Translations under genes and position numbers: made by a program | The notes under the pieces: generated by a model | Told to the model about the DNA's origin: nothing | Seen by the model: only the letters and a program-made list of their open reading frames with translations | Database searches by the model: none | Assembly: GCA_035221665.1 (NCBI GenBank) | Contig: CM069131.1 | Location: 149,730,001-149,794,000 of the forward strand | Direction of reading: 5' to 3' | DNA length: 64,000 nucleotides | Source of the DNA: Okamejei kenojei | Taxonomy: Eukaryota | In this document: in pieces, positions 51,500 to 62,220 of the stretch | Layout of the letters: each line of letters starts with the position of its first letter | How positions within the stretch are numbered: position 1 is the stretch's first letter

Positions 51500-52105
51500 T
51501 ACCTTGTCAAACATCACCCTATAGCAAAATGATTCTCCCATCAAAGTCCATCACAGCAATCCTTGGGAAGCTCAGATTGTCAAAACCAATCCTGTAATAA
51601 TCAATGCCAATAAGCACCATGCCACAACTGACTCCAACATAAGCAACCTAGTGAATTCTGCCTCAGAGCTATATCCATTATAACTAACCACAGTAAAACC
51701 CAGCTGTCACAACTAACCCAACAACAACCATTCCATCGACACTAATATTGCCACTGCAAACTGATAAAATCCAGCTGTCATAGTTGACTCCCTAACAATG
51801 AGGTGATCAGTGCTGACTTCCAATCTATCCAATCTAACCAATCTGTCCTGATTTACAATGCTATAACGGGCCCCATCTTAATCTGCTTTGTCACAATCAG
51901 CACTGAGAAAATTCAGCTGTCACAGCTAGTTTTGTTATAATTAATGCTTTATAACTATCCTTGTCACTATTAACCTTGACTGAAGCCAACCATTGCAACT
52001 GATCACCAAAAACAAACAATCTAGCCATTCTATCACAACCAATCCATTATTTTGACCTACCACAACGGACCTAAATAAAGCTGCATCACAACTAATTTTA
52101 TTAAT
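51500..52105. repeat. Highly degenerate A/C-rich tandem array
   Basis: About 14 variants of TGTCACAACTAACC. Confidence 0.55.
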
Positions 52106-54087
52106 GATAAGTTTTCAGACATAATCTTCTTACACTATAGGTCTCCCACCAGTCTCTTTAAAAAGTAGGTATGATCCCCTGGTTAATATTTCATCCTGAA
52201 TCAATGTTGGTAAAATTATTTGGACATTATCGCATTACTGTTCATGAGAGTTGATTGCATATAATTTAGAGAACAGTGCTAACACCTCAAATACTCTGTG
52301 CAGAATGCGTTAGGATTTGTCGAAATAATGATAGGTGTTATGTAAATGAAATTTGTTCTTTCTCTCTATAAATTGAAATCAGTTGAATTACCTTCACAAC
52401 CAGAAATAATGTATATAAAATGGCGCAGCCACTGAATTAATATTGAGGTTAAAAATTAAGATACGTTTAAATTATCAGATTGCCAAAATGTTGTGTAGTA
52501 TTTGTTGGATGTAGGAGATTTTAGTTTCATTATCTCTCTATGTATGTTTTCTAAGATACTATCCAGATTGCAAAGACTAGCCAATGTAAAACAAAACAAA
52601 ACCAAATTGAGGGGACATTATGAATTTTAAATGCTGGGAAATTATTGGTAATTGAAAATTTGAATATGATTGTACTTCATAGTCTAAGAAAATATTAACT
52701 CAGAATCAAAATCATCAAGATGGCAGGAAAGTACATTTTGATTATTTTGGTGCCCTGTACCTGTGCTTCCCTTTTTAGATGGTCAACATATTTTATCTGA
52801 ATTCTTTTTGTGCTGTCCTTAATTATGCTGCTTCTTGGTGGTAAGCAGATCACATAGAGACTACAGAGAGCAGGGACCAATGAGCCGGTCACTTCCATCA
52901 TTAGCAGGAAGATGAAGATTTACAAATAACATGTACAGTGATAGGATTAATTACAGCAACATAATTGGTTCAACAAATATCAGAGAAATTGAGATGAGGA
53001 AATGGAAAGGCCCAGATTTTGCTGTAAACGTCAACAGGACCAGGTTATTATATTGTATTGAAAGAACTGAAATACTTAGGTTTTGTATCTTTCAAACTGT
53101 TTCACTGATGGACTCCCTGTGGAGGTCAGCAATGGGTTCAATATTGCTCCGATTCCTCAGCATTTACATTAGGAATTGCCTCCCACACTCAATCCTGGTT
53201 TAAAGTCCCCACTTTCACTTATTTCAATGGGGATTGAAAGACTGCACTTAGGGAAACTCAGCGGAAGGTAGGTTCCTTTTAAAAAAAACATATATATAGC
53301 TTTGTTCTGGGTGTTTTTAGCTTTATTTATGGGGTCAAAGAAAGAGCGTCCACCAATCTTTCCACCACCACGCACAAGAAGCATAAGAAGTGGCAAGACA
53401 GACACCATTGCATGCAGATGCCGAGAAGTGTGTTCAGCTCTGGCTGAACAACTACTAATCTTGTGTGTGGACTCGATAAGAAGAAGCTTTATTTATAGAA
53501 AATAATAAATCCCACATATTTCCTATTATTTATTACATTTGTAATAGTTTTTAGTTGTTTCTAAATGTCAGAGACATTAAACAGTTATTGCTTTGACAGG
53601 CAGTAAAACTAGGTATTTATTGAATGTAGGAGATATTTTATTCATTATTACTTGAAGTCCAACTATTTGAAATTACTGTCTTGTTTGTACTCAGCAAAGC
53701 ACTCAGAAGGATCTGGGATTAGGTTTCTTCTATGTGCCACTGTTCAGTAAATCAAATTGGAACAAGATAGGCTCTCCATATCTGGAATAAGTAAGGTTGG
53801 GCTGAAGGGTCTGCAGGCAGCTCATCATTATCAAAGTCTGTTCTGGTGCACGAAGGTGATGAATGGCTACAGCTCAGAAGAATGACTGATTATACATCCA
53901 GCTTTTTCTTGTACCCTCTACAAGAGATTGAGAGGAACAGAAGAGGAACCTTCCATGTACGACAACAACACTTATTGATGATCCGGCATGGAATTTAGGG
54001 TGAGTTCAGAAATGGCAATATATGATGAAAGAGGCTATATCCAAAAATGTCAATAGCTGAAAGAGGACTCTGGTTGGAACAGCTCAA

Positions 54088-54215
54088 TAAGAAACAAGGA
54101 ACTGCAGGAACTGCAGATGCTGGTTTATGTAAAAAGACACAAAAGTGCTGAAATAATTCAGCAGGTCAGACAGCATCTCTGGGGAACACGGATTCTGGTC
54201 GGGACACTTCTGACT
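54088..54215 (-). mobile_element. Penelope-type pLTR fragment
   Basis: GGAACTGCAGATGCTGG...GGTCAGACAGCATCTCTGG. Confidence 0.8.
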
Positions 54216-55088
54216 GAATCTTCTGAATGGTTCTTCCTTAAAGTCGGTTGCTGTCTGAATGCTTCTACCCCACAGTGGATTTAGTCTCTGAAACTGATGT
54301 GCTGCAATGTTGAGAACTATATTCTGCACTCTGTATCTTCCCCTTTGCTCTACCTATTGCACATTGAGTCAAACTCGAGTACAATAGGTCGAGCAAAGGG
54401 GAAGATACATAAATAATGATTCCGAGTTTCCAGATAGCAGCAACAAAACAGTACTCGGTTCATTATGCTTTCAGTTGTACAAATACTATCAGTGGGTTTT
54501 TGCACTATAGTTTGTAGTTTTAACAAATCAAAACCAATTCTGAACAATATGTTGACAAGGGAAATACTATTTGTCTCCTCACCCATCAAATTCCTTCTCC
54601 AATGTTTAAACAAGTCAGAGAAAGTTGGAAAAGCCTGGTATTTAAAAACAAAGAAAGCAGAATAAAAATCCTATAATTCATTACATTTTAATAACTCTCC
54701 AGCATATATAAAACTTGAAGGACTGAGACTACATACTTACAAAGTTAATTTTGAGGACAAGAGAATGTAATGGGCAAAAGTTGTTGCCTGTTACACCATC
54801 ATAAGTGTTCAGTGGTTGGTAACAATTAGTTCTAAATAGCCAGCCTTATGACAAAATCTTCATATGTTTATTAGAAATCAGTGATAAGGAGAATAGAAGT
54901 TATGAGCATTGATAATGTGATTAGAAGGAAAGTAGTAAAATCTGAAATTTTTGGCAAAATGAGTGGATGGAAATAGGAAAAGTATTTTATTTCAAACCAG
55001 TGGAGCCAACACCAAAATGAAGAGTCCAAAGCTTTGTGTGATCTTTGATCTGTGTCAATGGTTCCATGGCTAACAGAGCGAAACTATA

Positions 55089-55190
55089 TGTGTGGGAAGG
55101 AACTGCAGATGCTGGTTTACACCAAAGATATTCACAAAATGCTGAAGTAACTCCCGCTGAGTTACACCGACATTTTGTGTCTGTCTTCGG
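55089..55190. mobile_element. Penelope-type inverted pair with centre deleted
   Basis: CACAAAATGCTGAAGTAACTC / GAGTTACACCGACATTTTGTG arms abut; hammerhead region absent. Confidence 0.75.
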
Positions 55191-55219
55191 AGTGGAACTA
55201 TACTTCTACATGACATTGA

Positions 55220-55505
55220 AGAAGACCATTGAGTCTATGCCAGTTCACACTCTGCCTCTAATTTTCAGTGTAACTCATTCTCCCTCCTTCCCATCAACAT
55301 ACCCCAGGATCCAAAGCTCACCCTCACATAAGGGGCAATTTAGAGTGGCCAATTAACCTACAAACCCACATGTCTTTGGGATGTGGGGAGGCACAAGTGC
55401 AGTTTTGGGAAACTCATGTGGTTACAAGCAGAACAACACAGATTTCTATTGAACCCAGGTCGCTGGAGCTGTGAGACAACAGCTCTAATAGCTGTGCAAC
55501 TGTGA
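55220..55505 (-). mobile_element. Older V-SINE
   Basis: GCCAATTAACCTACAAACC..GTCTTTGGGATGTGGG and antisense head. Confidence 0.75.
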
Positions 55506-56894
55506 TACGATCATTAAAACAGCAATGGTGGTAGGCCATGTGACAATAATTTGTTTGAAAGTACCCAGTAATGTCCAAAGGTAGTGGCAAATTAATCACC
55601 AAAATGCTCGAGAGCAAAGTTCCAGAGATGCTGGTAATGGATAATAAATTATTTTCCCTAATCACAATGATGTATCCTGTGGTGTGAACACTGTCACACA
55701 TCAATGGCAAGCAGTGCACTGACAAGCTGCCATCAATATTGGTAGCCTCTGCCAGCACTCAAAATGGACTCAATACTTGCAAAGACCAATCCATGTATTT
55801 GAAATATTTCCAGTTTATTTTTAATACAGACTCAGAGGTGTGATTTCAAAACTCTAATTTAGCATTGTAATTTGGATGACGGTTATACACTTCTCAAGCT
55901 TTGCCCTTGCGATTTATGATGTATTTGAATGTCTCGATTAGATTACAACCTTGTTATTCACTTCTGGGTAGCTATTCTTCTGCCTGTAATTTGTGGCTTA
56001 ATATGGTCTTTCATCTGTTGCTACTCCTTTAATGTGACAGATAGAATTTCATCCAAGCACTTAGAATTCAGAACACAGGGAAGGGATAAAGTCTCTTTTG
56101 CACAAACTGATAAAGGGGTTCAGACATTCAAAAGATATTTGCGTCAAAATAACGAGCAATAATTTATAGGACGCAAGAGTGTGTTTTAACCATTCGGCTG
56201 AGATTTGCACGTCAATGATGTGACCCTTTGAGATATTAAAACAGCACTCCAATAACTTTAATTTCTTTTTCAAGATGATTATGAAAATCAAACTATGCAA
56301 ACAAGATACAGTGTAAAATGAGAAGCACATAATATTAAGTATTCCTATAGACTTCCCTCTATGTTTCTTTCATAGCTATTACAATGATTCATTTCGAAGT
56401 ACATAAGAAAAAGAGTTATTATCATTAAGGCAATGGATTGCTGTGGTGAAATCTATTAAAATATTCACCACAGCAACCTCTAAAATGCGCATATTTAAAC
56501 ATGCCTACAAGATACCAGAAATATAACGGAGTATAAAAAAACATTATTGGATAGTTTTTTTTTTACACAAGAATAACTAGAGATGATCAGATCTGTTAAC
56601 ATTTAATTCTTTGGAATCTGATTTCAGATTTTCAAATTCTTGCCCCAAGCCTGCATAGAGGTCTTGGCCTGTTTGTCTCTCACAACTTTTATGAGGGAGC
56701 TCTATCATAAAAAAGTTATATTAGTTTCTCAGGGCATTATGATAGTGTTTATTTAGTGAAATTTGAGTACACAATGAGAAATTATACCCTGCAGGACATA
56801 ACACAGTACATTTACACAAGACTCTAGTGGAACTATAATTGTCATCATTATACTGTACTTATAACTGAGAGACAATTATGCCACATTCAGCATT

Positions 56895-57208
56895 GGGCGG
56901 TAGGGTGGTGTAGCTGGTAGAGCTGCTGCCTCATAGCACCAAGGACCCGGGTTTGATCCTGACTACGGGTACTGTCTGTGTGTTGTTACGTTGTCCTTGG
57001 GTGGATTTCCTCCAGGTGCCCCAGTTTCCTCCCACATCAAAAGGATGTTGCAGGTAAATTGGCCTCTACAAAATTGCCCCGAGTGTGAAGGAAGTGGATG
57101 AGAAAATGGGATAACATCTGAACGGGTAATCGGTGGTTGGCGTGAAGTCAGTGGGCCAAACGTCCCGTTTCCATGCTCTATCTCTCAACTATACTAAATT
57201 AAACTTAA
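56895..57208 (+). mobile_element. HE1 V-SINE
   Basis: tRNA head, V-domain GTTTCCTCCCACATC, CTAAA-like tail. Confidence 0.9.
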
Positions 57209-58716
57209 AAGCATATGCAAGATACAGTATTTACAAATACAAATTTACAAATAACCAGTGATAATATTTCTATCCTTATGTGTATAGAAATATTGTGAAA
57301 AACCAATATGCATGTGTTTTCTTAATCAAATTTTCACGATTTACTTCTGAAACATGTTTAACAGGCAGCACTTATAAATCCCTTTTCTTCGAATTTTGTC
57401 TGGCTATTCCAAGTCTTTACACGTTTTAATGTGGATCTGTCTTACTGACGGTGAATTTATGTTCTGCACAATGCACTCTATTCAGATATATTACCCAGTG
57501 AAAAATAGGAATAATCAATCACAGGTCTCAACAAAGGTTGGTTCCTTGCTCTTCCTGCTAGCCAACAATTTGGTAACAAATCCGACAAGTTTTACTTGAA
57601 AAAATATATTTTCTTTCTTTCTCAGATATCAATAATGTTGCTTCACTTTAGTTTAGTTTCGAGATACAGTGTGGAAACAGGTCCTTTAACCTACAAACCT
57701 GCACATATTTGGAATGTGGGAGAAAACACTTTTTCTCATCATTTGGTTTATTTTATCCAATATGTCTTTTTTTTTTTAATTTCCTGGATTACCTTGTGAT
57801 TTCTATGTACACCCAGATGATCTAGACATAGTGCTAACTGAACTACTCAGACAGAAAATAAGTGCAGGAGTGATGGTGTGAATGGCATCCTTTAGTACGG
57901 CAATGATCCAAAAATTCCTTGTTTCGATTCTCTTACCACCACCTTCCAACCCCCAATGCTGTCAACCATGCCACAATTCGACTTGTCATTCTTCCAACTT
58001 CTAACCATATTATTCAATTGATGACAAAACACATAGAGGAACTCAGCAGGTCAGGCAACAGTTGTGAAGGAAATTGACAGGCGACATTTAGGTTCCCCAG
58101 GCTGTTCCTATTTAGAGTTATAGAGTCATATAGCATGGAAACAGCACTTCAGCCCAACTTGCCCATGCAAACCAACATTCCCCATCTACCTGCATTTGGC
58201 CAATATCTTTCTTAACCTATCCTATCCATGTATCTGTCCAAATGCATTTTTAAAACATTGTGATAGTACCGGCCACAACTACTTCCTCTGACAGCTCATT
58301 CTATATATTTACCACCCTTTAAAAAAAGTTGCCACAGGTTCTTATTAAATCTTTCCCCCCCCTTACCTTAGACCTACGTCCTCTGGTTCTTGATAGCCCT
58401 ACTCTGGGTAAAACACTGTGCATTTACCCTATCTATTCCTCTCATGATCTTGTGTACCTCTATAAGATCATCCTTCAATCCCCTCCCCCGCTCCAAGGAC
58501 TAAAGGCCTGTCCCACTTGGGCGACATTTTCAGCGACAGCCAGAAAAGAGGTTGTCGTGTCGTGGTCAGGTCATGACGCGTGGTGACACATGTAGTGATG
58601 CGTGGTGACGCGCGGTGTCTCCCTGTCGCCCCTGGATTTTGGAATGTTCAAAATGTCTCATCATGTTGTGCGCCCTGTCACACGTTGACGTATGCTGTCC
58701 TGCGGGTGTCGCCCAG

Positions 58717-58740
58717 TTAGGGTTACGGTTATGGTTAGGG
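58717..58740 (+). repeat. Short interstitial telomeric repeat (TTAGGG-like x4)
   Basis: TTAGGG TTACGG TTATGG TTAGGG. Confidence 0.8.
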
Positions 58741-59554
58741 ACCACAGATGGGCTGTAAAATATTCTTCCTTCAATGCATGGATTTTAAACATTAATATAT
58801 TAAAATTAATACATTAAAATCAATTGTGCAAATGAAAAGATGTCTGAGTCGTTCAGTTTTATTTACAGATGTATTTGTCCACTTCCAGATCCAATCACCA
58901 ACTCTTCACTGGGATCGATTCAGTGAGTGTAGACTGAACTTGCCTCTCCCCTCCACCCCCCTCACCCACCCCCCTGCCCCCATCCCTCCTTCTCCACTTC
59001 CCCCCCCCACCCTTCTCCCCCCCTTCTTCCCTGCCCCCTTCTTCGTCCCCTTCTCCCCGCTCCACTCTTCTCCCCCCTTCTCCACTCATCCCCCCTCCCC
59101 TCACATCCCCTTCAACCCATCTCCCCTTCTTCTCCCATTCTCCACCCCCCCCCCCCCCCCCACTTTCCCCGACGCCCCCCATTTGTGGACCCAGCCTGTG
59201 ACAGCTAGGTCCCACTAATAGTACTGCACAAAGGCTACATCATCTGTTTTATTAACATTGGCTATGGGATCAATGCAGACTTTGGGAACAACACCCCCCA
59301 CACCCCCCCCCCCCTCCACCCCCTCGCCTTGCTTCAAAACGGTGGGTATTTAGACTCAGTGGCCGGAGCAGGTGGGTGGCACTGGTACATTGACAACATT
59401 GCCTGTACCCAGTTGAAAAGCCCGCTGCCTCTGGGGATTTAGAGAGACCATTGGAAGAGAGGTCTGCGCTCTGGGACCACTCATGGCCAACAGTTTAGTT
59501 CCCATGAGAAGCAGATAGAACACTGGGGGTTTGTGTCTGGGGCCCCTATGTCAC

Positions 59555-59704
59555 AGTTAGTTCAGAGGTACAGTACCCTTTGGCCCACCAAGTCCGCATC
59601 GCCCAGCGATCCCCGCACACTAACACTATCCCACACACACTGAGGACAATTCCAAGCCTATCAACCTACAAACCTGTTACTCCTTTGGAGTGTGGGAGGA
59701 AACC
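59555..59704 (-). mobile_element. HE1 V-SINE 3' half, truncated at the telomeric repeat
   Basis: CAGCGATCCCCGCACACTAACACTATCC...TTTGGAGTGTGGGAGGAAACC. Confidence 0.85.
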
Positions 59705-59714
59705 CTAACCCTAA

Positions 59715-59850
59715 AGGGGATGTCCCACTACGGCGATCTAATCCGCGAGTGCAGAAGAGTGTCATCGACCTTCAAGCTCGAGGGCACTCGCCTGGAAAAC
59801 CTCGTGCTGGATCGACTGTCAGCGATGAAACTGCGAGCTGGATCAACCAA

Positions 59851-59884
<34 letters not shown>

Positions 59885-60521
59885 CGCAAAGGCGGGGGCC
59901 AGGGAAAGTGGGGGAGCGCTGTTTGAAATTCACACCCGCGATGAAGAGGAAGATAAAAGATGGCTGCACAGTGTACGGTAAGTCCTTTAGAGAGTGCGGG
60001 GGGGGGGGGAGGGAGAGGAGGAGGAGAGAAAGAGAGAAAGAGAGAGAAGGGGAGAGAAGGGGGGAGAAGGCGGTGAGAAGGGGGAGAAGGAGTGGAGACA
60101 CTTTTAAGAAGTCAGACAACGTTTCATAAAGTTTAGCGGGCATTTTACCTACCGGTCGGTTTTCCTTGGTTCTGTAAACAATGAGCCAATTAAAATGCCC
60201 GGTCAGCGAAGGAGATTGCCTACGGCTGCCCTCGACTGCATGTAACTAAATAGCAACCCCACTCCATTCCACTACGAGTTAAAAAGAACCATGCCGACCA
60301 ATCTTTACTCGCGGAAAAATTCTCAACATGCTGAAAAAATTTCTGTGACCTAGCTGAGGCCGCGAGTATCTTTTTTATCTTGCATGTGCCAAGATCATTT
60401 CAGAGCATCAAGGAGAGTTCCAGTGACCTCAATCGGACCTGCTAGGACCACGTGTTGACCCTGCTGCGAGTTTGAGTTGAGGGCAAACTCTTCTAAACTC
60501 ACAGATTAGGTCACAGCCCCT
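59715..60521. mobile_element. PIF/Harbinger-type MITE (807 bp) inserted into a CCCTAA repeat
   Basis: TAA TSD at 59712-59714 and 60522-60524; TIRs AGGGGATGT..CTAATCCGCGAGT..AGAAGAGT and its inverse; internal (CA)n and GA-rich tracts. Confidence 0.88.
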
Positions 60522-60640
60522 TAACCCTAGCCCTAGCCCTAACCCTAACCTGAACCCTAACTCTAACCCTAGCCATAACCCTAGCCCTAGCCCTAGCCCT
60601 AACTCTAGCCCTAGACCTAACCTTAACCCTAACCCTAACC
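60522..60640 (-). repeat. Interstitial telomeric array (CCCTAA/CCCTAG)n, continuous with 59701-59714
   Basis: About 20 degenerate hexamers. Confidence 0.95.
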
Positions 60641-60857
60641 GAACCGGGCATCACCCGCAGGACAGCATACGTCATCGTGTATGTCATACAACTACGGGCG
60701 TCAGTCACTGACGCTTGCAGTCGCCGTAAAAATCGTAAAATGGGCCCTTAAAGTCCCAACCTGCTCAAGCCCTCCCTATCTCAGGCCCTGGCAGCATCCT
60801 CATAAATAATTTCTGCACTTTTGAACTTAACAACCATTTTCCATCATTTTATTCCCT

Positions 60858-60975
60858 CCAGTCTGAAGAAGGGTCTTATTTCGAAACGTTACCGGTTCAT
60901 TTACTCCACAGATGTTGCCTGACTTGCTCAGTGTTTTATTCAATATCTCAACATCTGCAGTACCTTGAGTCTCAA
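60858..60975 (+). mobile_element. Older Penelope-type pLTR fragment
   Basis: CAGTCTGAAGAAGGGTCTTATTTCGAAACGTT. Confidence 0.7.
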
Positions 60976-61611
60976 CTTTATTCAATTAATAAATATTGAA
61001 CTTTCAGCAGAGGACACTAGGCAAACATAGATATAACGAAACAAGAAAAAATGAGAACATTTATAACATTTTTAGGATCATTAACAGTGGCAAACTTTAT
61101 GATTTTGAATTGTGGATGCATAACTGGTACTATATTCATCACAAATAATATCTTCATGCTCATACATCACATTGTTTCCCACCATTTTATTTCCTCCCTT
61201 CTTCAAGCCATTGACTACAGATCTATTACCAATGATTGCTTCCATTAACTCATTTAATTGACAAATAGATGTGTGGGGATCTTAAGAAAAGCATTATCCC
61301 ATTGCAAGACCATGGCATTTATCACAGTAAAGGCCAAACCTTTTGTCATCCAATGCATGACCAGCTGCATCATAAGCAGACAGAAGTCTTTGCTGAAATT
61401 CTTTCCTTTTTTATCTTGCATGTGCCAAGATCATTTCTAGTATCACCTATTGCTCCCTGGTCTGAGATGACAATCTCATCTCCCACTAGCGACTCACTGT
61501 ACATCTTCCTATTCTCCACGATTGAGCTACCTACTGAATAAACACAAATCGACTGGGGACTGGTTCCATCACTCTGGCTCCCACTTGCAGTCGCCAGCTT
61601 CCAGTCATCAC

Positions 61612-62220
61612 TTTAATGATGGTGGAGCAGCAATGGGAGGTATTTCTGGAATAATCCAGAAGATGCGAGATCATCTCATTCCAAAGAGGAAGAAAGATTC
61701 TAAGGGGAGTAAGAGGCGACCGTGGCTGACAAGGGGAGTCAAGGACAGTATAAAAATAAAAGGGAAGATGTATAGCATAGCAAAGAAAAGCAGGAAGCCA
61801 GAGGATTGGGAAACTTTTAAAGATCAACAGAAGGTAACTAAAGTGGCAATACTGGGAGAACAGATGAGGTATGATGATAAACTAGCTAAGAATATAAAGG
61901 AGAATAGTAAAAGCGTCTTTACGTATGTGAAGAGGAAAAAATTAGTTTAGCCAAATGTGGGTCCCTTGAAGACAGAAACAGGTGAATTTATTATGGGGAA
62001 CAAGGAAATGGCAGTCGAGTTGAACAGGTACATTGGTTCCATCTTCACTAAGGAAGATACAAACAATCTCCCAGATGTACTAGGGGACAGAGGACCTAGG
62101 GTGACAGAGGAACTGAAAGAAATTCACATTAGTCAGGAAATGGTGTTGGGTAAACTGATGTGTCTGAAGGCTGATAAATCCCCAGGGCCTGATGGTCTGC
62201 AGCTCAGGGTACTCAAGGAG
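61612..62220 (+). mobile_element. CR1 internal fragment (family of 19013-25910)
   Basis: PWLTR.VKD, FTKEDTNNLPDV, KSPGPDG; similar to the reverse complement of 21545-22150. Confidence 0.92.

Larger units (their letters stand above)
58504..60748. mobile_element. Composite PIF/Harbinger-type non-autonomous element with inward telomeric repeats and cargo
   Basis: TAA TSD at 58501-58503 and 60749-60751; TIR AGGCCTGTCCCACTT; inner inverted repeat 58680-58718 / 60642-60680. Confidence 0.85.
58112..60820 (-). mobile_element. CR1 3' fragment split by a composite DNA transposon (pieces 58112-58503 and 60749-60820)
   Basis: CTCCAAGGAC-TAA-AGTCCCAACC rejoins and aligns with the reverse complement of 26050-26170. 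Confidence 0.9.

Noticed and set aside
51503-51591. Minus-strand AG...GTAAGT candidate exon
   Set aside because: Stops in all three frames; lies within the degenerate array
58717-60640. Ancestral chromosome end-to-end fusion site (TTAGGG...CCCTAA)
   Set aside because: The tracts are short and sit inside a TSD-bounded transposon that interrupts a continuous CR1, so flanks on both sides were one locus
60511-60708. RV/RA dipeptide ORF
   Set aside because: Translation of telomeric hexamers
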